A stretch of 64,000 nt of DNA from Bilabrum cf. latius (lineage: Eukaryota): the NCBI GenBank assembly GCA_965178125.1, contig OZ237757.1, positions 372,001-436,000 on the forward strand, in the 5' to 3' direction. Numbering within the stretch: position 1 is the stretch's first letter; every line of letters starts with the position of its first letter. Positions 1 through 12,807 of this stretch are shown one piece after another. The notes below the pieces were generated by a model. The model was given only the letters and a program-made list of their open reading frames with translations. It had not been told where the DNA came from and did not search any database. The translations under genes were made by a program, and so were the position numbers.

Positions 1-1
1 A

Positions 2-580
2 CGGCCGCTGATCCGAGCCGGAGAAGAGGACCGCATGGCAATGAGTCACGGTGCGCTGCCGCCAGTCAGCACCGGTGGTCGCCAGGGAACAAGAGGAGTA
101 GGTGGCGGGCGGTCACCGGCCCAGGCGTGGGGCACACCGGGCGGCATGCGTCCGGCCACGCCTATGGATGCACTGGCCGCGTCCAGGGGCCACACACCCG
201 GGTCTCGAGGGCGGAGCAGGGGTGGTGGTCAATCCAGGGGAGGACTGGGATCCACCGGTGGGTTCAGCGGCGGCCAAGACGGCGGGTTCGGGGCCGGGGT
301 TGTGGAGGACGACGGGGACGCCAACGTGAGCTCGCTGGAGCTGTCCCTGGCCCGGGCACAGGTGAGGGAGAGGGACGAGGCTGCGAGGCAGAACCACTGG
401 GGGGCTACCTCCTGGAGGCCTTGGGAGTCGGGTGCGTACCAGGGCATGGAGGACAGGAGGAGGGCGAGGTCGAGGCAGGGCGGGGAGCGCGCGGGGCCAG
501 GTGCTGGTCGAGGTCAGGGGAGGGGGCGGGGCAGGAGAGCCGGCAGTCGGGGGCGGAGCAGGAAAGGTCGAAAGGGGTGA
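2..580 (+). CDS. 3' end of a gene truncated by the window edge; Gly/Arg-rich low-complexity C-terminus, function unknown
   Basis: Frame is open from base 2 to TGA at 578-580. An AATAAA lies at about 648-653. Confidence 0.6.
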   Translation, partial: RPLIRAGEEDRMAMSHGALPPVSTGGRQGTRGVGGGRSPAQAWGTPGGMRPATPMDALAASRGHTPGSRGRSRGGGQSRGGLGSTGGFSGGQDGGFGAGVVEDDGDANVSSLELSLARAQVRERDEAARQNHWGATSWRPWESGAYQGMEDRRRARSRQGGERAGPGAGRGQGRGRGRRAGSRGRSRKGRKG

Positions 581-699
581 ATCTTTCACAGACAAGGCCA
601 GTACAAAGTGGTCGAGAGCCAAGGACGCTGTAGCGTTGCGTTTTAGCAATAAAATATGATATTTGCTTGCAGATCCCAATCTGGGACATTCCGCCCAAC

Positions 700-2378
700 A
701 TGCGAGCAATCCTGGCATCATTGGCGGTTAGCGGCGCGATATGTGCTGCGCAGCTGGTATAGCATCGGTATCCGCTCCAGACTGTATGGCCGATGCCTAA
801 AGAAATGAAGGTGGATGCGTCGGCAGGCCCGGTATACATTTCCAGCGATTTCAAGGTGGTTTGCCAGGGCCTGTGCGCCGACCCCATCGCTGATGCTCTA
901 CATCGTTTTGAATAGAACATTTTCATTAATGGCACGCCGTCAGCCGTTCCTAGCCCGGCGCTCAACACCTGCACAATGCAAGTCGAGAAGGATGCTCCCC
1001 TTGCGCTTGGAGCCGACGAGTCGTACACGCTCTCCATCTCATCGAGTGGATGCAAAATAACGGCACCGAATCAGTGGGGTGCACTGTACTCGCTTGAGGT
1101 CCTGTCCTAGCTGATCTTCTGGACGCCCGAGGAGAATACCTACAGCGTCCGCAATGGATCCGTCACGATCAACGATGAGCCGCGGTTCCCCTGGCGCGGG
1201 CTGATGATCGACACGGCTCGGCATTACCTCACCCCGGATTCAATCCGTCAAACCATCATGGCAATGGCGGCGAACCGCATGAACACGCTGCACGTGCACG
1301 TCGTCGAGTGAGTCCTAGGCGCGCGACTTGCAGCCTAGACTTGGCCATTCAGCTCCACGCTATTCTCTTCATGAATTCAATGTTGTATCGCAGCGACCAG
1401 TCGTGGCCTTTGGAGAGCATCAAGTACCCGGATTTCGCCGCGAAAGGCAAGTACTGCCCCCGCTGCGTGTTTACCCCAGAGGTCATGAAGGGCATCGTCC
1501 AGTACGGCGCCAGCTTCGGCATCCGCGTGATGCTTGAATTCGACATGCCCGCCCACAGCAGCATCTGGGCCAACGGGTACCCCGACCTGGTCATCACGTG
1601 CGACGAGCCGGACGCCCAGCCCCTGCTGGACCCCACAGGCCCAGTCTACGAGGTGCTGGACAACCTGCTCACCGAGTTCGCGGGAGTGCAAGACGCGGGT
1701 TACGTGCACCTCGGGGGAGACGAGGTCCACAGCTACGCGTGCTGGAACAGCAGCGCCAAGGTGCAGGCCTACATGAAGCAGCAAGGCATCCCGGCAGGCA
1801 ACATGACCGCGCTCAGGGAGCACTTCCAGTACCAGGTGCAGCTCGTGGTGCAGAAGCACGGGCTGAACTCTGTATTCTGGCAGGAGGTGTTCGAGGTGGG
1901 CACCAAACTGCTGAACACGACCGTCATCAACTCGTGGTCGTCGGCCCAGTCGGTGCTTGACGTGGCGCGGGCGGGACAGCCGGTGATCCAGTCGGACGGT
2001 TTCTACCTCGACCAGCAGCGGCCACGCGGGGAGAACTTTTATTTCCTTGAGGACACTTTCTTCGCCATGTACGGGCCAGTGTGGGTGGGCGATCTGGAGC
2101 CAGAGTACCAGAAGAACGTGCTCGGCGTGAGTGGGTGCCAATGGGGAGAGCAGGTGGATTCCTACGCTCTCTCTCAGAGGCTCTGGCCGCGCGCATCGGC
2201 CATCGCTGAACGGGCCTGGTCGCCGGCGTCCGTGAACTCGACGGACCCGAACGTTGTAATCCCTCGGGTGGGAGCCATGCGATGCGAGCTCCTTCAGCGT
2301 GGCGTCTACAGCACGCCGCTCCGGCCGTCTACGATCGAAGGCTACTGCCCCTTGCCTCAGGGTGAGTCAAGGCGGTAA
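700..2378 (+). CDS. Secreted beta-N-acetylhexosaminidase (GH20); 2 exons (700-1307, 1394-2378); 3 in-frame TAG read as Gln
   Basis: Signal peptide MRAILASLAVSGAICAA. GH20 motifs: GADESYTL, GALYSLEVLS[TAG]LI (cf. GALRGLETFSQL), DEPRFPWRGLMIDTARHY, spliced HVVDDQSWP, EFDMPAH, catalytic HLGGDE, LWPRASAIAERAWS. Ends in TAA. Confidence 0.93.
1308..1393 (+). other. Spliceosomal GT-AG intron (86 nt) in the GH20 gene
   Basis: gtgagt...tcgcag. Removal restores the frame and the HVVD-DQSWP motif. Confidence 0.88.
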
Positions 2379-2533
2379 TTATACGCGGCTGCGAGATTTT
2401 GGCGAGACGGCACCACATCGCGCTGGTTATCGTTGTTTTCTTTCGACTTTCCGACGAAGTTTCGCCGCATTTCTTGACGCACGCTCCCCGCACGGCGCAC
2501 ATCAAACACCGCGAACCAAGAATCACATTGGCT

Positions 2534-4498
2534 ATGCAATTAGCATCTGCTCTTGTTTCTTGCCTCGTGGCATGTGCCGTTGCAGTACCCTTTCCTCTAG
2601 CAAACGTTGAGAAGCTGGAAGCAACGGTGGAAGAGTTGGTGAGGAGGGCTGCGGTTCGGAAACGCGTACTTGTCAATGAACCATACGTTTGATCGCCTCG
2701 ACTTATTCATGTCCAAATATTTGTTTGGCTTAGACGAATTTGGTGGCTTGAAATGCGTTGCCGATCTCTCACAGCGGTCATAGAATCGAATAAAAGGTGT
2801 GCCCAAGCGAAAGATTCATGTACGGACTACTCTCTCTATATCCACTTATATTTCGCCATGTTGCAGATAAATGGTCACATGGAACGTACCATGCCGAACC
2901 ATAGGCGCAACCTGCTGTCATCACGCAAGGGGGCCTCTGCAGCCCTCGAAGTCGCCGTACAGGACGCCATGCTGGTAGCTAGCGACGACCCAGTCGCTTA
3001 CTGCAAGCAGAACCCAAGCGCAGGCTGCTGCAAGCAGATCATCCCTCAGTACGAGGCATGCGCACCGTACTTTCAGGGCGAACTGGACCCTGCCAAGCTG
3101 TGCCCATCGCAGTGCGCGAAAGAGCTCCGCGAGCTGGCGAGGACATTGCCGGGAAGTGGCGAGAAAGATGGCGTGTGCGCCGTCGCCATCCAGGGCGTTG
3201 CGCTGGTGAACCTGGGCTGCCCCAAGGGAACTGACAATGGGTATTGCTACAACGAGGTGAACACCATTGGGGCCCTCATCAACTAGAAGCACCCCTCCCA
3301 TGAGGCCATCGAGGAGTCCGTCCACTCCATCTGCGACGCGAGCGGCGGCGCCCACAGCTCCTGCATCGAGCAGATCATCGACGGTCAGGACCAGGTTTAC
3401 TCTCTCATGGAAGAACTTCTCACCATCGACAGCCCGTGGGGTTCCACCGACGACCAGTACCCGTACGACGACGATGCCTCAGGACGCAAGGACGATGACG
3501 CTGCTCCCTTCAACCCGCTGTGGACTGCACAGCCCATCGTGAGGGGGCTTGACCTGTTCTGCAACAGGGTGAGCGTGTCTCCTCTCTCGCCCAAGCAAGA
3601 CCTCTGCCTCATCCACATGGTCGACAACACCACCATCTTCGGGGCCGACGACGATTCCCAGCCGGCACCTGGGCACATAATCGGCTAGCTGGCAGATCCC
3701 TGCTCCAGGTCTTTCTTCGCGAGTGTGTAGAACACGGATCCTGTCGCGTTGTCAGTCGGCTCCTACGGTGCCGCGCGGCAAATCGCCACCAACGCCATGT
3801 GCGGACTGGCCACCGACTTCGGCCAGGTGACGCGTAACCTGACCGAGTTCTGTGCCAGCGATGCGGGCGGCAAGTCCAACGTCTTCGACGTGCTGGCCCA
3901 GGGGGAAGTCACGTGTGCGGTGCCCTGCCAGAACGCGATCTCCGTTGTGCTGGAAGACCTCGACTGCTGCTCCAACGAAGTCCTCTTCGAGGCGTGGTAC
4001 CTGGGCGCATCCTCGCCCATCCCCACTGAGCTGCGCCCTCCCATGGACTTGTGGATCCAAAGGATCCAGCACACCTGCGTGCTAAAGGAGTACATGTTCT
4101 GGGACCAGTGCGGGGCCAAGAACCCAGCAGCGCACGCAAACGTGATTGCGCACTTCGACAACGCAAACGCCAAGTTTTTCCAGACTCTCAACGAGACAGA
4201 GCAAGCCAGCTTCGCGTCTCGCCTGTGCGTGCACGTGGAGCGAAAAGTGGGCGCCCCTGTGGAGGGCTGCAAGGCCGAGCTCCCGCCCGTGCAAGACCCA
4301 ACCAATCCCAAGGGAATGGCCGTGGCACTGTCGGTCCTGATGGGCACTGAAGGGGCAGCCGCGGGGGCGCAGTCGCTTCTGACGGGGTCACCTGCAGCGG
4401 CTCGGGCCGCCGTTAAGTTCCTGGAGAGGAGGGCAGACCAGGGGGCGCTGTACGATGCGAGCAAGCCTGTGAAGGTCGACTTTTCGGAGGCAGCCTGA
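2534..4498 (+). CDS. Secreted cysteine-rich protein of unknown function; probable intron 2666-2866; 3 in-frame TAG
   Basis: Signal peptide MQLASALVSCLVACAVA. A phase-0 gt...ttgcag intron joins it to a frame (track ORFs 2753, 3407, 3749) broken only by TAG. Ends in TGA. Confidence 0.7.
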
Positions 4499-4611
4499 TT
4501 GCTTCACTAATGGCCTTGCTCAGCTCAGCGCAGGAACGTACTCTGCTGAACCTTCGATGGGATCCCGGAAAGCCGCGATGCTGTCAGTTTTGGAGCTTGC
4601 AATCGCCGTCA

Positions 4612-7600
4612 ATGCTTGCGTTTCATAGTGCTTCTTTGCAAATAATGTTTGGATGCGCCTGGGTGGCCTCGGTTGAGATCGGCAACACCCCAACACTGTG
4701 CCAGTTCGGGTCCTAGTGCGAACCTGTCAGCGATCCGATTTCCACGGTTACTTCTAAAGACCGCAAGGTTCGTGCTGCCTTTATCACTGAAAGTCTTGTC
4801 AGGTTAGAGTACGATGGATCAGGAACCGGTACTTTCACAGATCTTCAGTCTACTTTTGCGTGGAATCGGCGAGTAGACCAACCTCGTGTCACTGTCGAGG
4901 ATACCCCTGCCGGCGGTTTCGTGGCAAGTTGCGGGCTCATGAATGTATCATATACTCCTGACAATGTACCCCCATCGAACGCAACTCTGGGGCTGACAGG
5001 CGCAGGATTTCCAGCCAATGCAATCCGAGTACGATCGCTGGCGAGAGGCATCAACACGCCAGTCGGATCCGAAACGGTATGGACCCCAATAAGCAGCACC
5101 GCGGGCAATCTGCTTGGTACAATTCGTACTCTAGATACGATTGGGGGCCCGCAAGATCTGAACTGCAGCGCGCATGACCCGGAAGGCAACCCTCATGCTG
5201 GCCCCGGCTGGATTGTTCGCGGCGAGCCCGAGCACTGCGTGTATGGAGTTGCGTCTTCGACCGGAATATCAATTATTGACGACACAGATTCGCCCGTGTG
5301 GGGACCGTACCCTAATAGTGGCGAAATGGCAGCCAGCGAAGGCCAAGCGGATCCCTCCTACTACTGGAGGCCAAGACGAGCAGGCACTTGCCCCAGCGAC
5401 ACCCCAGACGAGCACAAAGCGCCGTGCGTGCCAGAAGCAAACCCTTCCGACGAGCAATCATGCGCAGCAGCTGGATGCTGCTGGCACACCCAGCCCATGA
5501 CGGTAAACCTGTACTACTCTGCCAGCAGGAACGACCACCTGTCGGAAGACGAGTGTACCGGGTGCGGTGGCGTATACAGCACGATCGGGCCGCAGATGCA
5601 GCTGTACCCTACTCCTTCTAACGGAGCGAACGTATCGCTATGGCTGTTTTGGAGCCAGAACTAGACGGACAACGTGGTGAGCGTGTCACCCCCGAAGCAG
5701 CCAGGGTACGAAAATTCAACCACCCACATCGGGTACATTTGGGAGAGCGAATTCCAGGGTTCAGTGCGGGTACAGCTGTGGTACAAGCCCGCAGCCGGCA
5801 CCGAGTCCGCTGACCACTTCACCACTGCCGGGGTCTAGCAGGAGGCCGAGGCCAAGCAGCAGGGCTATCAGCTCGTATCCACGCTGGGCTACGCCATGGC
5901 CCCACCGCCACCCCTGTCATCCCACTCGTCACACCTGCAGGCCTCTGCTCCTTCGTGCTTCAGGAGGCAGGGTCGCGCCGATCTGTACGTGTTCGCGCAT
6001 GGCACGGACTATCGCAAAGCCCTGAGCGATTTCGCGGCCGTGGGCGGGAACATACCACTCCCGAGAAAGCACTGGCTGGGCTGGTCCTGGAGCACCTGGA
6101 CGGACCCAGGCAGCGGATCGCAAGAAGTGCCTTCGAGGGCGGACTGGGAGTCGTATTTCAAGCAGCTGGACGCGGCCCAGATCGGCCTGAGCACGCTCAC
6201 TCTCGACTGCGAGTGGCACGTGTCGGGCTGCTGGGGGGCTACATACACGTACAATCAGACGAGGTACCCGGACCCGCAAGGCATGGCGCAGGAGTGGCTG
6301 GATAACGGCGTGCCGATCGGCGCGAACCTGCACGACACAGTGGGCGTGGGTCCCCTGGAATCCAACTACAGCAGCTTCGCAAAAGCCGTCGGTGTGGATC
6401 CCAGCTAGAACGCGACAATCCCCGCCAACTTCACCGACCTTGCCTACATGCAGGCTATGCAGAGCTACCTGCTGGATCCGCTCAGGGAACAATACCTTGT
6501 GTCTTTCCCGTGGACCGACTGGCAGCAGGGCATGGGACCCGCAAGCGGCGTCTCGGGCTCCAACCCGACCTTCCTACTCAACCATGCCAGGGGCCACGAT
6601 GAGGCAGCCACCGCTGAGAGCGTGCGGCCGCTCCTCCATTCCAGGTTCGGAGGACTGGGCGGTCACAGGTATGCCTCCATGTTTGGCGGCGACGTGCGGC
6701 GCGACATGCCTAGCGCCAAGTTCATGGTCTACATGAACTCTGTGGCTGCTAACGCTCTGGTGGCGTGGTGGGGACAAGAGCTCATGCAGCTAGGCAGCGA
6801 CCACCAGGAGGTCTTCACGAGGCTGGTGCAGTCGTCCGGTGCGTGGGGCCCTATTGCCACCTTCTGGGGGAACAACGGGGCCGATGATCGGATCTGGGAC
6901 ATGGATGACCCGTTCAAGTCGGCAGTGTACGAGTCTCTCCGGGACAGGCTGGCCACTCTACCCTACAGGTACATGCTGGGCAGAGTGGCACATGAGACGG
7001 GGCTAGCGCCCCAGAGGCCAATGTACTACCACACGACTGCCAGCAAGGACCCGGTAGCCTACGGGGAGTACACCAGGTACCAGTACATGCTTGGGGATGA
7101 CTTGCTGGTCGCGCCAGCGGTGGAATTCATGGATTCGGAATCGAAAACCACGGCGGTAACCGTGTGGCTGCCCGCATGCCAGGAGGGCCAGAAGGCTTGG
7201 GTGGACTGGCGCACCGGCGGGGCCGGCAACTGGTCCAGCCTCTTCGGCGATTCCACAGTGCCGCGCACCAGCTGTCTTGAGGCTGCATTGTTTGTCAACG
7301 TCAGCGCTCCCATCGACCTCGTGCCTGTCTTTGCACGGAGCGACTCCATCCTGCCCTTGCTGCCGCGTGAGCTGGCCATGCAGACGGGGCAGGCCTCGCA
7401 GAGCTTTCTGGACATCGAGCTGGCCGTCATGCCGGACGCATGGACATCCGGATCTAACACCACCATCTACGACGACGATGGACTCACCAACACCTACTTG
7501 ACTCCTACTGGGTACGCCAAGATCCTGGTGCAGGCATCTACGGACGGCACCAAGCGCACGCTGCAACTGTCTGCAGCGAGTCCAGCAATCGCTGCACCGG

Positions 7601-7839
7601 AGCCTGGCAGCCAGCTCGCGACCGCTCGCTCGTACTCGGTCCGAGCGCATGGCGTGCTCGATGCGCCAACGAGCGTGTCCATCTGCGGTAAACAGTTGAC
7701 CAAGGGCCAGGCACCATCTGCGCCTAGTCGCTCGGATCGGCCAGATGCAGGGCGATGGTGGTACATGGAGCAGCAGCAGGTGGTGATTGCCCGCAGTGGT
7801 GGTCCAGCGGCAGTGCCGTGCACCTTTGAGATGCAGTGA
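4612..7839 (+). CDS. GH31 alpha-glycosidase (WxDWQQG type) with an inserted trefoil/P-type-like Cys module; 4 in-frame TAG; start uncertain
   Basis: One frame joins track ORFs 4510, 4921, 5896 and 6448 across TAGs at 4714, 5662, 5836 and 6406. Motifs: LVRLEY, DLYVFAHGTDYRKALSDF, WTDWQQG, GGHRYASMFGGD, QYMLGDDLLVAP, YDDDG. Cys module EQSCAAAGCCW. Ends in TGA. Confidence 0.88.
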
Positions 7840-7940
7840 GCAGCAAGATGGACACAAGAATAGGGCTAGATGAATCTCAGTCACATGCACGAGCTTGTCA
7901 AGCAAACTAGAAAGAAGAAATCGATGGACTACCTGGTTGC

Positions 7941-10628
7941 TCACATGAAGCTTCCCTTGTACGACCTGTACCCTGCCTGCATGGCATCACGGCTTCCGTA
8001 CACGCCCTTGTTTGCCGTCCGCCACGCGTTGTACGACAGTCGCTGAGGTCCCGGCATAGGACCACCGATGGGAAGCCCCCTAGGCATCCCACCCATGTCC
8101 ATTCCACCCATGCCCATCCCACCCATGCCCATCCCACCCATGCCCATCCCACCCATGCCCATGCCGCCAAAAGGCATCATGGGAGGCATCATCATTTGGG
8201 CTTGGCTTGCTTGCGCAGCTTGCTCTGCTGCCTCCTTGGCCTTCTTGATCGCCGCGTCCGCCTCCTTTTTGGCCTCATCAGCGGCTGCCTTGGCCTTGGC
8301 TGCGCTGGCCTCGGCCTCTCTAGCCCGCTCCCTCTCTGCGCATAGCTGCTTCTCAGACATGCGCAGGCCGGCCGCGTCAACCTCGGCCCGCTTGATCCGA
8401 TCCAGGGCCACTCGCGCTTCTTTGACCAAAGCGTCCGCCTGCGCCTCGGCGCGGGCCACGTTCCGCTCCATCGTGGCGCCGCCGTCACCTCCTCCCCACG
8501 CCGCAGCGACCGCCGCGAAGTCCTCACGGCGGCATCGCACGCCAAACTGCGTCCTGCGAGCCTCGGCCGAAAGCTCCTCAACGCCGGCTGCTGCTGCCCC
8601 GAGCACAGCGGCGGGGCTGTCCACAGGCGGAGCCCTGCCCGCTGACAGCATCTCGTCAGCAGCGCCAGCCCCAGAGCTAGGACCCGTCCTCCTCATTGGC
8701 GTCTTGCGCTTGGGAGTGGCGCTGCCAGGCGCTGTGTTACCACCAGTAGCACCGCTGCCCCTGTCGTCAACTGGTTCATAGTCGTCTCCAAGAACTTGCC
8801 GCATCACTTGCTCGGCTGCAGCACGAGCTCGAGGACCACCACTGCCCACCTCGGCCTCAAACGCCTCGTCGATACCTTGGACGGTCTCTCCTGCCCATTC
8901 CGTAGCGATGTATGACCGCGTAGTCTTGCCGACCATCCTTCCAATTGATGAATCGCCTGCCAAAGCAGCCTCCAGGGCCTTGGCCTGCGAGCTGCGTGCC
9001 TGCTGGGCAGCGGAAGATGTGCCGTGGGACTGCTTCTCCTGCTCTGCCGTAGGAATTGCATCTCGGAGCGCAGCCATCGCAGGCGAGTTTGCCACTGCGT
9101 CTGCTGCATCGTCCCACGCCTCGTTCAGACCGGCCACGATCTATGACTTGGCAGCGAGAACTCCCGCGTCGATGTTTGCCTTGAGCTTGGCCAGCACCCG
9201 ATCGTATGCCGACTTGCAGACCTTCTCGGCGTTTTTAGGCACACTGCCAATCGTCATGCCAGTGCGAGCTTCGGCATGCGCCACGGCCTGCCTGCGCAGC
9301 TCATTAGCCATTACAGCCGCAGCGGCCTCTGCCGATTTGTGGCTCCGGACGCTCTGAACTGCAGCCCAGCACGGCGACTTCTCATCTTGCACTGCAGTGC
9401 ACACGTCGTCTGCCAGGGCATGCACCCACTCCGACGCGATATGATCGGCATGGGTCAGGAGCTGCTCCCGAAGGGTGCCGCCGTTGATTGTAGTCAGGCT
9501 GGGCGTCTTGTTGGTCTGCTGTGCCAGGCTCTGGATCACGGGTACGATGGAGGCGGGCACGCATGGCATGTCTGCTCTATCCATCAGCGTCCCGGTCACA
9601 GTCGACTGCAGTTCGTGCTGTAGTGTGCCTGACAACAGCCGGTCCAGCTCGAACCGGAGGTCCTCCTGGTTCTCCGGATATGCCTCTCCCTTGGAATTCA
9701 TCGCGACTGGTGGGATCAATGTCATGACAGTCCTTCGGAAGCAGCTCCGCAGGTCACGCCTCTGTTTGTTGCGCTTTTCTTCCTCAGATTCGTCCGCTAG
9801 AGGCGCGCGCTCGTCCTCGAACACATGCCTCCGAAGCTCCTCTAGTTTAGCATCATCGAGGTTTGACATGACCTGACACATGGAGAGCGTGCCCAGCACC
9901 TGCCCCTCTGACGCAGTTGCGGCCCCTGCTGGCTTCGCCGCCACGATTGCTGCATCGTGTATAAGCCTAGACATTTGAACAATCGGGGATAGCATGTCAA
10001 GCGCGGCATTTCGGGTGATGGCGTCTCGCTGTGCGCAGATGAGGGCACCCCGGGCCGACAGCACCAGAGCCGGAAGCACCGTCCGGTTATCGCGCTCCTT
10101 GGCCTCTGCGCCCGATCCCTCGCAGTCGATCAGCAGCACCACAATGTCCGTCGTCTGCCCGAATGCGCCTTTCGGCAGATGCACGAACACTCCGTCTGCT
10201 CCGCGCGTGCACGGCTGGACGGAATCGGACGTCTCGAAGAGGGAGGGCACGCGGGCCCCGCTGACCTTGCATGGCTCGAATTCCACTTTGGATCCATCGG
10301 TGTGCTTGACGCTGTCCTCGCTGACTGGCTCGGCGTATGCGTTCTTCAGCAGCCATGCCAGGGCGTAGTTCATGGTGGTGCTCTTGCCTGCTCGCGCCCT
10401 GCCGTTGATGGCGAAGGTGACGAGAGGAACAGCTCCTGGCAGCACATCAATGATTTGACGCAGTTTTTTCTCATCGGGCATGCTCAGCTGTGGTGCCTCA
10501 ACGCCGGGCTTGTCGTCCACTTGCCACAGGCGCACGGCTCGGGAGATGGCAATACAGGTGCCACCTGGCATTCTCGATCTCGACCCACTGGATGCAGCAC
10601 CTCCTGATGCGGCAGATGCAGCACTCAT
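7941..10628 (-). CDS. Guanylate-binding protein/atlastin-like large GTPase with helical region and GGMGM-repeat tail (copy A); 1 in-frame TAG
   Basis: G1 INGRARAGKSTTMN, G2 CTRG, G3 LIDCEG. TAG at 9141-9143 joins two same-frame ORFs. Ends in TGA. Confidence 0.82.
8085..8168. repeat. 15-bp coding tandem repeat (GGMGM), about 5 copies
   Basis: catcccacccatgcc units are visible directly. Confidence 0.85.
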
Positions 10629-10893
10629 CGTGTTGATGTTCTGGTTTGAATTCCTGGGAAGGTGAGTAGCGCGGTGGAGCCACTATCCTACAGGGATTGA
10701 TGAGAGGCATTCGTGGCTTAGCTACGTTCTCAACTAGTTTGAAGCTGCTCGCGCCACAAATTTTGATATATTCTCCATCAAACTGTTCAATAACTGGCTG
10801 CTAAACAATCCACATGACCTTAATAGTAGTACTTACTGTTGGGATCGATTCAAATCGGTAAATGTGAAGATCTGCGCCATGATCTTCTGCACA

Positions 10894-12513
10894 GAAATAC
10901 AGAAATACAGAAATACATTGTTGGGTAAAGATTCCACAAGCACCCAGATCCGTCGGTTGTAACTTACCCCGACACATTCATCACACCAATTCTTGACCGC
11001 AACGATCCCCGACACAATACAACTCGTCGATTATCACGCGACATCAATAGCGTATCTTCCATGTAATGAGGTTTTTTCATTGTGTAATTAGTGAATTACC
11101 ATACAACCACCGTAAGGCTAACGAGAGGAGCAGCACGCTGATCCAAATGCCACTGAAACCACAGTCCACGCTGCATCCCTATTGTGCAATCATTTCGACG
11201 AATAGAATGCGCTATTGGTCGACTTCATTACAGATCAAATAGGTATTTAAAACAAATCACCGCTCCAGTATGTCACAGAGAGTCCATTAGAACCGAGGAT
11301 GGTCTCATTTGACGTCAGATCTCGATTCATTTTGGGCAGAATCCAATTCACCACTGTCCTGATACACTTATAGTTTATTTATACATACGATTTGTTTGTG
11401 TATGGTACTGTATTTGTACAGGTCCTACAATTTCGCAAGTTGTGGCTGTTTCCAGTGGTTTGGTACCATTCAGAACACAATTGTGTCAAATCTATGAGGC
11501 CAGTACTAGTTTGAGACTAATCATGGTATTAATATACCTAATAAAAGGCAGTGTACGGATTTTCAGTCCCAATGGTGTAGAATAGCATGGCGTACTTCAG
11601 GTCTTCTGGATCTGGCCACCCGCACAGCTGCTGGTGCTGCTCGTGTCCTAATGATGGCCATAGTAGCCTCCTGTTCGATTTTCTGAATACGATCAATACA
11701 AAAAATGTAGTGGTTGGTCTCAATTCGCGGTAAGCTGCAGATTGGTGAGGTAAATGTGCAATAGCTAACTCTGCGGCCTGGTTCAGTCATCCTCACGGGA
11801 AACACCCTACTCATGAACCGCACAGCAGAATATGAGCGCGTTATTTGAATAAAGTCATCAATTTGCTCAGAATTATGAGGAGTGTAATCAAATTCAGTAT
11901 CTCAGAGGGCCAATCGAAGCAAGTTTGTTGCGGCTGCCAGAGGGATGACCGTGGACCCTGTCGTGTCCAAATGAATCTTATTCAGACATTCGTCTGCACA
12001 GCAGCGTATAATTTAGCATCATTATCATACAGGTATATTTTTAGGTCTATTTTGTAGACTAGAAAGGGGTATGCGGGCAGTGTCGGGGTGTCGTGCGACA
12101 CTAATCACACAGTTTTGGCGCCGCGCAAAGCTGCAGCTCCCTGCTAGAGGCCAATTCTTTGAATGGCATGTTAACAGACTTAATCTCATCGTATGGAGTT
12201 GAAAGGCGCACCAGCAGACTCGCAAGAGCGCGCTGAATCGAATTGCATCATGATTTCTTCTCCGAATTATCTGGGCGCCGCGCAAATTGCTGATCCGGAA
12301 CCGGCAAAAACCAGTAAATTGTGTATTGTTCCGTTACATTCGACGGATGCACCGTTGCCCCCGAAGGAGTTCGAGTGATCACCTGAATCCAGAGGAGTCC
12401 TCAAACAAGGACTACAAGACCCCCGACCCTTTCAGGCCAAAGGCCCCCCAATCTCAGCCTACACCGCCGAGTCCCCTTTATTCGCCATCAATGTGGTCCC
12501 CCACAAGCCCTCA
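10894..12513 (-). mobile_element. 5'-truncated (~220 bp) copy of the 3' end of the LINE at 44.5-51 kb, split by a DNA transposon; TSD TGCACA
   Basis: 10894-10949 and 12347-12513 match the LINE 3' UTR and (AGAAATAC)n tail contiguously. TGCACA occurs at 10888-10893 and 12514-12519. Confidence 0.85.
10950..12346. mobile_element. Non-autonomous DNA transposon, 1397 bp, with imperfect 14-bp TIRs (CCGTCG..TGTAAC) and 2-bp TSD AT
   Basis: Interrupts the LINE sequence CCCAG-AT-GCACCG as CCCAGAT|CCGTCG...CGACGG|ATGCACCG. The interior is AT-rich with no intact transposase ORF. Confidence 0.8.
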
Positions 12514-12807
12514 TGCACACCGTGACGCTAATGTTGCGCGCACTTCAGGTTATCCAAAAGATGAGGACAGAAGAATCCACATCAGCAGCGATACTAGAAG
12601 ATTACTAAAAGCACAGAGGTGTGAGGTTACGATGAAATCAAAACATCCAAGCTACTCAGGATTCTGAACTCGCAACAACGTAGGCCTGCTTGTATCCAGA
12701 TTGGGTGTGTCCGGCAGCCAGAAAACGGGGTTTCGACTATTTTTCATGGACTTGTCTCAACAATACGCAGTAGTGAAGCAGCACACTGGAAACAATCACC
12801 CTTCCCA

